A stretch of DNA of 50,521 nucleotides, counting the filler, from Bipalium vagum (Eukaryota), in NCBI GenBank assembly GCA_037834085.1. It is 3 parts of 3 records of this genome, joined end to end, with 100 filler letters (N's around TTAATTAATTAA, not from the genome) between each part and the next. Parts side by side here need not be neighbours in the genome. Positions count along the whole stretch, not along the records: positions 1 to 16,966 come from JBBMKC010084205.1; 2 more parts are not named here. One strand, given 5' to 3'. Under the pieces are notes generated by a model, which worked only from the letters and a program-made list of their open reading frames with translations, did not search any database and was not told where the DNA came from. Positions 1 to 14,425 of the stretch are shown here, one piece after another (the first letter of the stretch is position 1; every line of letters begins with the position of its first letter). The translations under genes were made by a program, and so were the position numbers.

Positions 1-199
1 ATAAAGTGAGTATCAGATTTTTTAACACAGCAATATATCATATATAACTAAATAAATACAATTTACATTTTCCGAATATTTAAAGAATATCCGAAATTTA
101 ATGTGAGTGTATAATTGTTTAAATAAGCCGATGTTATGAATTTTAATTTCGGTGTTAATTCAAATTTTAACAATATTCTCCATTGATGAAAGAATGCAA

Positions 200-600
200 A
201 TTGTTTTATTGATAGTTAAGATGGTATCAGTCACATTAGTCAGGTGGCATTTAGAACACTGAAATGTTAAAGGATACCCACAGTGAGAAAGATAGTTGCA
301 GAATTCAAAGACGCAGTGAGTGCTTGTGATCTTTAGAAGTCTAGAAGGCCTTCAATTGAATTTGAAAAATATGCGAAATAAGTAAGGTTTAAGAAAAAGT
401 ACTGAAACATCACAAAGAACTGTTACTAAGAAAGTTGGATACAGTTCTAAAGCTAAAGAAAATGTACAGTCATATAACTATAACTTCCAAAAACTATAAT
501 TTCACAATTTTTTCTATTCCCGATTTGGTTCTTAACAGCTCATAAGAATTTATATTGATTTTTATAGCGATTTTTTAATTCACACATTTTTAAGTACACT
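200..600 (+). mobile_element. Decayed Tc1/mariner 5' remnant
   Basis: Broken frame resembling a transposase HTH region (TVRKIVAEFKDAVSACDL*KSRRPS, compare KF..TGSV.D..RSGRP). Confidence 0.35.
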
Positions 601-1846
601 TAATATTTTATTTATATTTAATATATTTAATAATATTCTAAGAAAATATCTTCAACTATGTGATTATAGGATCTAAACTATCCATGAGTTAATGACTAAG
701 ACTATACTAAAAAATTGTAATGTATGAAAGCCTAATAAAAAAAATTGACAAAAATCCATCTTTTCTTCAAAATCTCACTACTTCCTCTGAGGATATTTGA
801 AGACTCAGACATATGGAAGAAAACAAAAAGATATCAAAATCCTAAAAGATATTATTTAACCGAAAGCAGGTAAAATATAACGAGAAATATGTCAAAATGT
901 TATGAATGACTTACTAAATGGCTTGCATAAGTGTAAGTGTATTAAAGTAAATGGTCATTCGGTATAAAAATAATAAAGTTTAATAAATATATGTTACTGT
1001 GTGAAAAATTCACAGTTTCACGTTGAATATATTGTACAGTATTAAATTTTAATAGCGGATACTTACTTAAAAAATAATAATAAAAATTAAATTATACTTT
1101 GAATCTGTAAAATTTGTTTCAAAATGAAAACTATTTCTGTCACTATAGCCACAAAACGAAAATATAAATATAAATAAATATATAAATTATTTAATGTAAT
1201 GTATTAAAGTAAATAAAATTAAATAACTATAAATATAAAAAAGTGTAATTTCATATGGAAAAAGGAAACTAATCGAAATACATAATAAATTTAATATACA
1301 AAAATATGGTAGTGTTTTTCTAAAAATTTGATTGTTAAATTTATAAGAATTACTTATTGTATTTATTATTTTTGTGATTTTGTACTTATTATAAAGAGTC
1401 ATTCAGATCATGAGAATCATCAGTTTTAAAATCATTTTAAATATTAGGTGTACAACAATGACTCCGGTTCTTTTTTAAAATAATAAAAATGTTGTTTGCA
1501 TATATATCTAAATTATATTGAATTGATTTATAAACAAAAATATCATATAATTAATAATATCACTAGAGAGTTGTTTTAATATTTCTTGTTTAAATATTAT
1601 AGCGATTCAAAATGTCAATATTCATCCCAAATAAACGACATTTGCGGGGTTTGGTGACACCAATATTTTATGAGTACGACATTCTCGTATTAAGGCAAAA
1701 TTTCTCTATCATATGGACAAAAGATCAAATTTCTTAAAAATTCATTCAGTTCATATTTTGCTCATTGATGTTCCATAAATATTAAACAATAATTTTATTA
1801 AAATTCTTTTAAACATGTCAAGAAATTGAATTTTTAAATATTTATA

Positions 1847-1972
1847 CAGTGAAACCTGACAATTTTGCGACCGAACATTTTGCCAAAAATAGAGGGTTCA
1901 TGAAACCGAATGTCAATATTTAATTTTTATTACATTAACAAATTTAGGTGCCAAAATAAACCGGTTTTACTG
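1847..1972. mobile_element. pogo/Tigger-like MITE, copy 1
   Basis: TA|CAGTGAAACC...GGTTTTACTG|TA: 9/10 terminal inverted repeat (TIR), TA target-site duplication (TSD), 126 bp. A diverged second copy lies at about 45331-45449. Confidence 0.7.
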
Positions 1973-2211
1973 TATCTTTTATCAATCATTAATTAATTGG
2001 TATTAATTAGTTTTTATTCAAAAATCAAACAAAAAAAAATTTTATCCCCCTTTTGATAATATATCGATCGGAAAATCTTGTGGAAAAAATACCTAAGAAG
2101 CTAAATTCTCATAATTAAATATGGCTACAGAAACAAAGTAAACTTAGGAAACTTATTATTCTAAATAAATATAATAATATCAGAAATATGTAAAACAATT
2201 CATAATTTTAC

Positions 2212-2435
2212 ACATGGCTTTCATCGCATTATCAGAATAGATGTGATCATCCGGAACGGTGAATTGATCTGATAAAATAGATAGAACGCTATCTCCAAAT
2301 GGTAGAGAGAAAAAACATATATTGTACATCAAAACTCCCAATGCCCATATATCTGATTTGCGTCCAATTACATGTTCTCCACCATCATAATATAGATCTG
2401 CCATTTCAGGTGAGCGGTAAGCCAAGGTTGTAAAC
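2212..2435 (-). CDS. AAK1: AAK1/BMP2K-like kinase, exon 6 (gene probably continues left of the window)
   Basis: (E)FTTLAYRSPEMADLY...IGRKSDIWALGVLMYNICFFSLPFGDSVLSILSDQFTVPDDHIYS resembles the AAK1 motifs YTTLSYRAPEM, KADIWALG and TLPFGES. AG acceptor at 2436-2437, GT donor at 2210-2211; phase-2 join to exon 5 is in frame. Confidence 0.93.
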
Positions 2436-2663
2436 CTAAATATAGAAGAATTAATCAATTCAAATCTCATAAATTTATCCAAGGTTCGTGTGGTAATATT
2501 CATAGGATTTCAAGAAATTTATTTTAACAATTGACTGATAACCTAGCCAAATGAAATCTCTTAGTGCTTCCATAGTGACATATATATCTAAATTTTCACA
2601 CAAAACAAAAATGATGAGAAAATATTCCTTTAAAAAAATCAATAAACTCAATTAAATAGATTA

Positions 2664-3951
2664 CAGGGTGTCCCATAAGTCCCCACAGAAAGTAAACTTA
2701 AATATTTCTTAAGCAGATTGAGATATTTAATCACTTGCTTTATAAAGTTAATGACAAATCTTTTAATTTTTATTTCATATAAAAATATTTACAACAATTA
2801 TTCGAAATGACTACCATTAACTGATATACATAAATTCATCCTTTTCACAATATTTAAAAATACGCTATTCAAAGTTTCTGTAGTAACAATTTTATTTCTT
2901 CGGTGATTTTTTTTTCAAATCCTCAATATTTTTTATTTCAGATTTTTATATCTTATTCTTTAAATGGCCCCCCTTAAATAGAAGTCAAGAGGAGTTAAAT
3001 CTGATGAAAGTGGAACCAATCGAATTAAACCACCTCTTCCAATCCACCTGTTCGGAAAATGAGCGCCAAGATACCGTCGTACATTTATTGAAAAATGCGC
3101 AGGAGCTCTATCTTGCTGAAATACCAAAGACCGTACTTTGTACATTTTCCTCACTACAAACATAAAATAGTCTTGAAGCATTGATAGATAATTTTGGCAA
3201 TTAACAATCTCATCTTCAAAGAAATACGGACCGATAATTTAATTTTTTGACGAAGCACACCAAACATTTACCTTCTGGGATTTTCTAACAGTTTCAAAAG
3301 TAACATGTGGATTAATTTCTGACCAATATCTGACGTTATGTTTATTTACTAATCTTTTTAAGTAAAACGTTGCTTCATCCTGAATATCCACGTTTTCAAA
3401 CATTGGATCCAGGGATTTGCACATCACAACTCTGTCTTGCAAATCCCCTTCATGTAGTTCCTGCGTGAAATGGACCTTAAAGGGTTTCAGTGATAACTGT
3501 TTTCTCATAATTCGATGGGTTGTTCGCGAAATGGAGCAGGTGGTTGCAACAGTTCGAACACTAGTGGGTCTCTTTCAAATCCTTCACTCATTTTCTGAAT
3601 ATTATTTTCAGTGATCAGCCTTGGTCTTCCAGAACGTTCACGATCTTCCACCGAGACAATCTTACAAAAACCATGAAAAATCTCTCTTATAGCACTTTCA
3701 CTTGGTGAGGTTTTCCCAAATTCGGCATTTAATTTCCGTTTAACAACACAAATTAAGTTGAATTTGGCCATTAAAAGTAAGATTTTGATTCTTAACTTAA
3801 ATCAAGCGGCATTTGATAAATCTAATTTTAAAATATTTAAACAAAACTTAGACTTACATACTTTATTATTACATAAATAGAAATTTCAATCGATTGAATT
3901 TAATGAAAAATATTCTATTTTACTTTCCACGGAGACTTATGGGACACCCTG
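2664..3951 (-). mobile_element. Full-length decayed Tc1/mariner DD41D (rosa/VS-type) element in kinase intron 5
   Basis: TIRs CAGGGTGTCCCATAAGTC / GACTTATGGGACACCCTG with TA TSD. Fragmented transposase with RSGRP, DEATFYL..VNKHNVRYWS and FQQD-41aa-D (RWIGRGG...SSDLTPLDFYL). Confidence 0.92.
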
Positions 3952-5899
3952 TAATATCACATTTCTCATACAGATATGGAGGATTTATTAAATACATTAG
4001 CGTAATCAATAAATAAAAATATTTTTGTGGATTCGTTAATGTTTCATTTTTTCTTGATAATATATATGCTTTACTTTTTAGAATTTTTACTCATCTGGTC
4101 TAGGAAGACTGATCGTAAACCCACATATTTGATTCTTCTTATAGAACCAGATAAATATTCACCATGATATGCTTAATTTTAGCAACTTGTTACTTACAGT
4201 AAAACACTCAATGTGGTTCGTTTTTTATTTGGACCAATGTTCTTATAAAATTTTTTTATTATGAAATTTAAGACTAAGCATTTTTGAATAATTTCCTATT
4301 TAAGTTTCAAAAATATTTCATTTCTTTGACGTTTCTCTTTCATTTCTAAATTTCACCTCTGATTTTTTTCGTTTCGGATTTTTAAAAAAACTATTTTTCA
4401 TAACAAATAATAATAAGTGTAAAAAGGATATTTCCTTTGCAGCATAACAATGTCTGACAAATGTCTAATCGCCTTGCAATATCTGTTTTTTTCAAACGAT
4501 GATGCAACAATTTCCGACTTTCTGTTTGTATTCAATGGCTTTTAATCGTGTCATTATGGTAGATTTATTTACATTAATAACTTGTGACATTGTTTCAATT
4601 GTTTAGGATCGATCTTAGATGTCATCTGAAAATTCATCTATTTTGAATTGCCAAAACCAATTTTTAGTTACCTTCACAAATTTACTTTTTGGAATAAAAC
4701 TAGTCCTATTAAATAGATATGTTTTCGTTTCCTGTACTTAACTAAATAATATACCATTATTTTAACATTTAAATTTTAATACTTATCGATTAATTTAAAT
4801 TATCGATGAAATATTTATTTAATTAGTTAAATAAAACAAAGAGCGAGAAATAATGTAACTGTCTAATATATTATTCCAATTTAATTTACAATATTCACGC
4901 TTTCAGTAAGAATCGTTTTTAATTATACATGTTTCAACATATAATAATTAAATTTATTATAAAGGTTTAGGCTATTTATAATTTTTTAATAATTTTCTTA
5001 AATGATTTTTTACCTACTAGGTTTAATAAAATCTGTAATTAATTTATATTTAATAATTAAAAATTAATTAAAATTATAATATTAATATTTTACAGGTAAA
5101 TTTATTTATAAATAAAGTTACAAATTTTGTCAATCAATATAAATAATATAAACAGGAATTTTTAAAATATCAATTCTTTACTTCGGTCGACTAACATAAA
5201 TTGAATATCCCATATGATCACATAGCTCTGGTCAATAGTGATGAATACAAATTGACATAAATGACTTTTCCAATAATCAATTATATTTATAAAGTGATGT
5301 AATATGAGAGTTAACAAAATGAGATTAATTAATTAATTGCAGCACAAGCAATATTTTATTTAAAATAAAAAGGACCGTTAATTAACTGAATTTATATTTT
5401 ATTACGAAAATGTTAAGTTTTTATTCATAAAAATCTAATAATGGTTTACTTCACATTATTAACAGTAATAAGTCTTTTATGCTAAAGTTTTTCAGGACAA
5501 ATTTGATAGTTTCGAAATAAATTTGTATTAATGACAAACATGACCACATACACTAATGTATGCTTAGAAATGTTGTCATTGGGAAATATCACCCGAAGCA
5601 ACACATCATTTAACCAAATAAATCTAGATATTCATGTTATGAAGAAACAGTTTGAAATTTTACTTTGAGACGTTGGATCATGTTTTTTATAATCGACTTG
5701 GTCAAAAAACAAACTTGAGACGAATCACCAAAAAAATAAAAAAAGCAAATAATTTTCTTAAAAACAAACACATATTTAAAAGCACAAAAATTGACAAAAA
5801 CAAATAATTTTCTATTTAAAAATTTATTAAATAAAAAATTGAATCGCAGTTTATTGATTGAATATTTTGGCATCAAGTTTATTCATTTAGATATAATTC

Positions 5900-6240
5900 C
5901 AAAAGATCACCATAGACGCTCTTCACTGACACAATTTTAATCTTCAGTTTCTTCAAAATCGATTCAAATCTTTGCGTGTGAGCACCAATCCCCCTGTCAA
6001 CAAAATTCATCTTGTGCTTGACAGTTCGATGAACATAATTTTCATCTTTAAATAGCTGAAAATAGGCTCTCCATTCATTATAACTGAGCCACGCTTAACA
6101 ATGCCCCTTATAATTGGTAGTAAAGTGGCGTATTTTCTGTCTCCTACTAATTTCAAAAATAAACTTGCATTCTCGGAGTAGTCAACCATACTAAAAATCC
6201 AAAACTCATAATCATAACTTATTTCCATGATATCATATAA
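5900..6240 (-). mobile_element. Merlin (IS1595/ISXO2-like) transposase remnant
   Basis: WIFSMVD...LVGDRKYATLLPIIRGIVKRGSVI and, frameshifted, YVHRTVKHKMNFVD..GAHTQRFES, matching the Merlin VNHS..FVDP.TGAHTQ.IES motif. Confidence 0.8.
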
Positions 6241-6419
6241 AAAATCGTCGTCAATTAAGAAAGAAGAAATGGATTTTGATAGGGAGACGGTTGGTTATAG
6301 TTTTAAAAAAATAAGTAAAAAATAAGCTAATAATATAATAAGGAACACTTTACGAAGTTAGTGAGACAACAACAAAAGGAAGAGAAGAGAGAGAGAAGTT
6401 TCCTGAATTATATTATGTA

Positions 6420-6790
6420 GATAAAATTGAATTTCTTATGTCAACGTTCAACTACACTTAGCACAAGTTGTCCTGGAAAAAATTAATGAAATTAGTTGAA
6501 AACATCTGATTCATCCTCCATATAATCCCGATTTGATCCCATTGAGATATCACTTGTGCAGGTCAATGCAGTACTCATTGGCTAGAAAAAATTCAAAATA
6601 TTGTAATCAGACTTTGGATGTCCGAATACTTACTATGCTCGGGAAGTGAATTCGAGAATGACATTTGTTCTCTTCGTGAACGATGGCGAAAAGTCTTTGA
6701 CATTGATGGAAATGTCTTAGATTAATATAAATATTTATTTTTTTCTGTAAAAGAATTCTTTTTTAAAAAAAACGCGCAACCGAATAATAT
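6420..6790 (+). mobile_element. mariner 3' remnant
   Basis: KHLIHPPYNPDLIPLRYHLCRSMQ and ERWRKV resemble mariner HPPYSPDLAPSDYHLFRSMQ and RW..V. Confidence 0.75.
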
Positions 6791-6891
6791 TTTAACCCAC
6801 ATATCTCATCATCTCATCATTTTTTTTTTGTAAAAGTTAGGAAAATGCCGTACAGCAATAATATAATAAAAATTCAGTTTAGTAAACTAAC

Positions 6892-7205
6892 TCTAAAATT
6901 TCGTCTTGTAACTGTTGCCTGTTAACTTCACAGGGTCTAACCTCTTTCATCGTAGCACTGCCGAAATCACAAAGAACATATCTTGGCGGATATGCAATTA
7001 AAATATTTTCTACCTGATATTTCAATAAGTGATTTCGTTAAAGTTGATTTCCTTACCTTTAAATCTCGGTGAATAATGGGATTCGGTTGAAAATGATGAA
7101 GACAAGCGACAGCTTCTACAATGTTTGTCATGATCGTTAATACGTCAATCTCATCAAAAGATCTATTCGAAGAGAATTTTCCTTTCATCTCTGTTGATAA
7201 GTTTC
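6892..7205 (-). CDS. AAK1: AAK1/BMP2K-like kinase, exons 4-5 (7205-7057, 7013-6892)
   Basis: GNLSTEMK...VEAVACLHHFQPNPIIHRDLK|VENILIAYPPRYVLCDFGSATMKEVRPCEVNRQQLQDEIL. PIIHRDLKVENIL and YVLCDFGSAT are NAK-family signatures. 43-nt GT-AG intron at 7014-7056. Confidence 0.93.
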
Positions 7206-9041
7206 CTAGATATAACAAAAATTGAAGTTTACCTTCATCAAATATTAATGCTTAATAATCATAAGTTAAAAAGATATTTTGTGAAGACATGTAATTATTT
7301 TTCGGATACCAGATGGGTATGGCTTAAGAAGATTAAGCTACGTTCTAAGTTATTTGTAGAAGACCTGTGCAGTACATAAATTATTTATTTGTCTATTAAA
7401 TTTGGACTATTTTAAAAAAATAAGACTGTCTGTGAATTGGCAGGTGGTAACCAACATATATATCATATCAAAATACTTCAACATAATACTTTAAAAGCAC
7501 TTGTACAATAAGAAATATGCAAGTAATTATAACAACCATTACCATAACATATAATTTTCAACGATATTTAAAAGCTTTCATATGATTTTATACTTAATAA
7601 TTGTATTTCTAAATTATTTTTTTATTTAATAATAAATTATATTTTAATTATTTCAATTAAGTTAAAAAAGTTAAAGCATACTTAAAACATATTCTTAATA
7701 AAGGAGCGACAACCAGAGATTATTGATATTAAAATATAAGTAAATAAAAACCAATGAATTAATAGTGTGTTCTATAATTTATCAAAAATATTATTATGTA
7801 AAATAATAATAATTTTAATTTTAACCAACCAGAATTTGATAAAATATTTTAATTTAAAATTATATGATTAAAATGCTTTATATCAAATATTAATAAATAA
7901 AGAACTGATAAAAAGTTCGACACACGTTTCATAATAATACATTTTTAAACAAATTTTGTTGAAAATTGATGAAAAGCGTTTACTCCAAAAATATTATTTG
8001 TGTTAATTATTAATTTCATTATTAGTAATAGAAAATTTTATTTATTTATTACTAATTTCCGGAATTTAATTATGTTATGTAAGATATTATGTAAAGATGT
8101 TCTGCATACAAAATTTCTATTGCATCCTTTGGTATTTCTTAATTTATATTTTATTTAAATTAATGACAACTGTTTTAAAGTCACTTTTCATTATTTTTAA
8201 AAAATGTTTATATAATTGTTAATAATATATTTAATATTAAAGACGAAACAAAAAATTATATATCCAGAAGTTTTACTGTCTAAAATTAATAAAGAATAAA
8301 TATTATTATAATAAATAATATTATTATTAATTTCTAAATAAATAATTAGATTGGAAAATCGCAAAGATCAATATAGATAATAAAACAAAAATATTTTTAA
8401 AAATATTTTGTTTTTTAATTAATTTAGTCACAGAAGATAAAATAATGAATTGGTAAATTCAATAGCTTTATTTATTTTAATAAATTCTTATCAAACAGGA
8501 TCAATCAATTCTATCTGGTTACATTGATCAATTTATAAACTTATTGGATCATTGGATAAGAAAATTTCAATATTTATTCTTAAGTTTTTTTTTCGTGATT
8601 CTCAACCAAAAATAAATCTCAATATATTTAATCAAAATTTACTCTCAAACTATGGACACATTTCCGGTGAATATTTGACTTTTGAATTAAACATCGCTGC
8701 TTGATCCATATGTTTAAGCACTGTGGTGAAACATTACGAATGTCTAAGCCAAATACATCTTCCATCACACGTAAAGACATATCGAAGAATTTCAGATTTT
8801 TTCACGTTGGCAATTTATTTCAATACTATAATTCTATCATACTTTGGCGAATAGAACCAAAACCCTCATTAGAAATTTTCCACTGTGTCCTGCAGTTTAG
8901 CATTGTTGGCAACAACATTGAAGAGATAAAAAGCTTTCTAACATACCTTTTCGTCAAACCATTTTTTATAATACAAGTAATATTTATGCAGTCTTAACTC
9001 TAAGTTTTTAAGTCAACAATTTTAAGTTGAGTGAAAAGGTA

Positions 9042-9239
9042 CTAGGTCGTCCAAAAATTTTCCGGGGGGAAAAGTTTGAAAAAAATCAAAAAAACTTTAT
9101 TAAATAAATACTTTTAAATTACACATAAATTGATTCCATAAAGTAAAGCCATCATTCTCAATAACATTGAGCCATTCTGCAAATAATCAAAAAAGTTATT
9201 CATTGTTCATACTACCAGGAACCTTTTTGGACGACCTAG
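9042..9239 (-). mobile_element. Internally deleted mariner-derived MITE (198 bp)
   Basis: Perfect 16-bp TIR CTAGGTCGTCCAAAAA / TTTTTGGACGACCTAG with TA TSD. The interior appears to retain a degenerate transposase 3' end on the minus strand. Confidence 0.85.
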
Positions 9240-12200
9240 TATGGTCATTATTCTTATATCACAAATTAAAAGTCGATAACTCAACATGAAAACTTTTTAA
9301 AATTAAAATAATCACCAATCCCGTCAACGATACTTTGTCAACGTTTTAAGTTATTAATATCGTCTTTGAAAAAGTCCTTATCATGTAATTCAACAGGAAG
9401 AACATGTGTTTTGAACATCATCTTGATTTTAAAGCTTTCTATTTTGTTAAATATTGTCAAATGATAAGAATTAATGATAATCTGTGGGAGTTATGTCTGG
9501 GGAAGTAAAATGGGTGCGGTACAGTTTCGTAAAAAGTTCATCTAATTTTTCTAGTTAATTATTGGTTGCAATATTTTATCGTGTAAAAGTAAAGAATGGT
9601 TACGATTCATCAAACCTGGATGTTTTTGCTTTGATTTTTAGTCGCAAGCATCGAGTTTGAGGCAATAGGTTTCCGCAGCTACAGTTTATCTATGTCCCAG
9701 GAAATAATGTTGATTAATATCGCCCAAACAGCTATCATTATCTTAGAGTAATCATTGACTTTACAACAATGAAAAAAAAATAAATAAAAAAGGTTATCCT
9801 TTGTCTATCTTGTCAAAATTAATAATTCTTTTACATAGAGCCTCAATTCTGTTTTTTCCGTATAAAGAAGAAAAAATGTAGAGACGCTGATTTTTGAAAT
9901 TTTCACTTAATTGATATTAGAGTCATTTTTGAAGCTTCTTGACTTTCAAATTTATCGAATATTTTCTTAAAAGTCTGTATATATGAAACCGACAATACCT
10001 TTCCACTAATCTAATATTGTTGGCTAAATATTCTTACAGTTAAGATATCATAAACTGTTTGTTTCAGAAATATATTTTAATTTTTTAAGAGTAAGCGTAA
10101 TCGTCATATTTTGTAAACTGTATTTCGTCCAACTTTTAGAATCAATGTTTTTCAGTCGTATTTTGTTAACGTCACAATGTAGAGCTGCCTCGACTTTATA
10201 CCTTCAAGTCAGTTTTGAAACTCAATAAATTGTGATTGTTATGAATTTTGGATCTATCAGATATGATTTCAGAACTTTTTTATGAATTATTATTAAACGT
10301 GTTCGAACTGCCACTTTGCTTTCGATTAATGGTCATACGTTTCTTAACATGTTTCCTCACTTTACAAGTTGCAAATTTCTCCTCAATCCTTCATTTTTAT
10401 TTATTTGTGGAAACTTAATTTTAATTTATTTAATAATTAATATTATGTTATAAACACACTAAAAAATCAATAAGGTTAATTCATTTTGATTGACTGTCTT
10501 CTATAAATGAAATTATTTAATGGGCACGCCAGATTGAGAATGTTAACTTTTAAATTAAATATTTTATATAAAATATTAATTTAATAAAAATAATATTCAA
10601 TAAATTCCGATTACTAGAAATAAAATATCAATAATTCTTAAATTTAATTATAAATTTGTTAATAATGGAATTTATTAATAACAAATTTCAAATATTTTAA
10701 TTAATAACGATTTTCATTATTTATTATAAATTAACATAAATTATTAATTATCAATAATAGAGTTTTAAAACATTGATTATTTTATTCATTTTCAATAATT
10801 TATTCATTTTCAATAATTAAAATTTCCAATTAATAAATAACTTATTTTTCATTCATAATAATAATAGTAATATAAATAAGGAAATTATTATTATGTCCAT
10901 CATCGTCGTAACTGATTGTTTATCATAACCATTTCAAGTAAACTTACAGTTACAAAAAATAACAGAATTCGGTGTGTTATAAATTATTAAAAAAATTATT
11001 TATTTAAATTAATAGGAGAAAACTCAGGAAATAAAAAACCTGTACTATTATTTATACTATTATATATTTGTAAAATAGAATTTTTATTAATTATTATATT
11101 AATTTATTAATATTAATATTAATTATTTATTAATTATTATAATAATTATTAAATATGCAATACACTTTTTGAAAAACATATCTAAGGACAGAATATTTTG
11201 GTATTGACTTAACAGAATTAAATTACTTTAATTAAATTTCAGATATCTATTGGATTCGTCAACAATTTTTAATATATTAAAAAATCAATATTTATTTTAA
11301 TAAATTTTAAACCAGTTACATGTTTGAGAAAAATAGTAAATTGAATAGTAACTGTATCTAAATATAAATTGGTTTATAGCAATATGAAAGTCTATATAGT
11401 ACGATTACTTGATCTGATCTCCTTTAACAGGAGCAACCGCTTTTGGCTTCAAGAGAAGCCTACCACATGCCCACTTAATTCTTCTGGATCAGGAACCTTC
11501 TCGATCCTGTGTTTCGCAACCAATCATTTTGTCGATTGACTTTTTTATCTTAAACGAAGTCTTTTTCATCGGAGAAGAACTTCAATAGCTCAGGACTATC
11601 ATGCTACATGTTATTGAGTAAAAAATGTGCGTTAAGTTTTCGGAGAAAAGATTTTTAGCATATATTCTATCTTATTGCTACAATAACTGTTAACTTGATC
11701 ATGTTCATTTCCTTTGCTAATTCAATCATATTTTTATGATCCATCAATATAAATCTTATCTTTTAAATCAGCTGAATTGTTGATTCCTTTTTGAATCATA
11801 ATACTTCTTTGTCCAATCAAATATTTTTGGGACGTCCTATATTTTCTTATTATTAAATAAAACTATTTGAACAATTGTCAAATGATATTTTCAAAATTAA
11901 ATAATTTACTGAAGTATACTTTTAAAAATTGAAATAAGATTTTTTTACTGAAAACCTCTTAAGTATATCTGTGCCCCAATACCAACCAAACAATTTTAAG
12001 ATAATAAACTTTTGATGTCAAAGCAAGCTTCACCAGAATAAAGCAAATATTAAAATATCAGTATGAATCAATAAAAACTAGAACCACAACTGTCATTAAA
12101 ACAATATCATTGATAGGAACTGAGATCAATATTTTTGGTATCCTCCAGGCATACTCAAAAGATAATGTTTCAATTAAAACGTTCAAAATTAGACAAGATA

Positions 12201-14425
12201 CTTTAGGAAACTGCTAATACATGTTCATAAATGTAATGATATTGTATATGGTAATATATATACTATGTTTACAAATAAATAGTGCGGGTTTATTTAAATC
12301 GATTCATTGACATATTGTGATAATATAATATATAATATGGACATACAGAATTTTGAATTCGAATTTACTCCATTGTGTTTAAAAAAAAACCGCTCCTTGG
12401 TAGAATAATTATTCAATTTTTCACAAATAGCAACCAGGCTACCCTATCCTAATTTAAAGACAAAGATTTAGAAAAATTATTCCATGAAGATGCCCGTCAG
12501 TCTCGAAAACATACTTATAATAATTGTATTTCATTTTTATTTCGATTTATTATTATATTATAAAAATTATTTTAAAGAGAAGATAAAAAGTTTGCTATTT
12601 CTATTCCATAATATAATGATAGAATAATACTATCCTTAGAAATTAAGTAAAATTATAAGTAGATGAAAAAATACATTATCGATTTTATATAATAAATAAA
12701 AACTTTTTTATCTGCTTGTGTGTCCATCCAAATCTCACACTGTTGCGAATGAAAGATGAGCAAAAAAGAGATTAATGTCATATACATTTCCACAATGAAC
12801 GTTACGAAAGCAACGCGAAAATTTTCCACGACTTTTAATTACTGTTTTGTTTTATTTTCTGAATTCAATCTCTACTGAGGTCTGTGTCAAATAAATCTGT
12901 AAAAAGTGACAATGGAGAATCGGCACGATCAGAAAAATTCCACAATGTTTGTTTCAGTCGAGAGGAGTTGGTCAAATTTACCGAAGCCATTAATTGTCAT
13001 TGTCTGAGAGCGACAAGTTATTGTATTACTATCTAATACAAATATGCTAGTGCTCACCTAATCAATGAAGTAGGAATGGCTTGGTATTATTTATAATCAC
13101 GTTGAGTTGAGAAAAAGTAGGATGAAAACAAACTGCGCTTTGCCTCCTGCTGCCATATATTATTTTTGATGGAGAAAAAGCTACTATTTATTAAATTCCT
13201 GGATCACAGAAAATTATTTTTATTTAAATATGAATTGTGAGAGTAAACCCATTTAGACAGTTAATTAATAGTCAATACCACTATTGTTTCTAAGTAAAGA
13301 CTTAATAAGAAAAAATCGATATTATTCCCTATTTATTTTTATAATATATAACTGATTTGTAGAAAATATTACTCTTAATTGTTATTTCATGAGAAATTTG
13401 AAAAATTGAAACAATAATAATTATTATATTTTATAATTAATAATCAATTATGAAAATTTTATTAGATATCAATTATCAATTGAATCTAATAATTAAAGAT
13501 TGAATTAATATTATATTTCATAAATAATTGTATTAATCAATTAAGTTATAATTTACTAATTTATATAAAATAATTTTTGTCGACTTCCACCATCTGACAA
13601 GAACGTGTCTACACAAGTTCCTGGAAAGGAATCAAAAATCAAAAGGCTAATGTATATAAAACGATAGACTAATTACAATGATTAAATAATAAAATCGTAG
13701 TCTGTAGACTGAAAATAATTTTGTGATCCTTTAAGAAAACTTCGCAAGACAATTTTTATTCCGTTTATTTTTATTTGAGATATATTTCAAAAACAGAGCA
13801 AAACAATAAAAGATGTGAAGATATTCGAATTCAATCAAATTGAAGAAAACCAATTTTTCGGTCTGTATTAATATCGTAGCTTAAATAAAACGTAAATAAG
13901 AAAATAATGTATTCAAAATTCCAAACTCATAATAATAACAAAAATAAAAATATCAATTAATTAGACAGTTAATAAATAATAAACTAAATATATTTATAAT
14001 AATTATTATATATGATTTATATAATATTAATAATAATTAAGCTAATGTGTGGACTGCTATAGCTTTCTTTAAAGCAGGATCATTTCTTATCATTTAAAGT
14101 TAAGTGTAAAAGTAAAATGTGTAAATTAATTTCGTACTCGATACATGAAGACTGTGATTCTATTTTAAATATATATTTAAATCTTTTATTATTGTAAGTT
14201 TCTAGGTCTAAAGTAAAGCAACCCCTTTATCAAATTAAATAATTTATATAATATATAAGTATTCAAATACTAAATAATTAACTTTTATATTTTTATAAAA
14301 GTTATATACCCCTTTTAAAAAATGATATAATTAAAATTATAAATAATACTATTTTATACCTCAAAAAGTAAGCTTAACTTAATTATAAATCATTGTTAGA
14401 GTGAATAAGTAACAAAGCACTGTAC

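Noticed and set aside
1187-1402. Short AT-rich ORFs (also 5637, 16816, 29634, 44771, 48474)
   Set aside because: F/I/K/N/Y-biased chance ORFs with no motifs or splice support.
2042-2092. Possible terminal kinase exon CIFPQDFPIDILSKGG*
   Set aside because: Phase-compatible but lacks kinase subdomain XI (L..DP..RP); the true exon probably lies left of the window.
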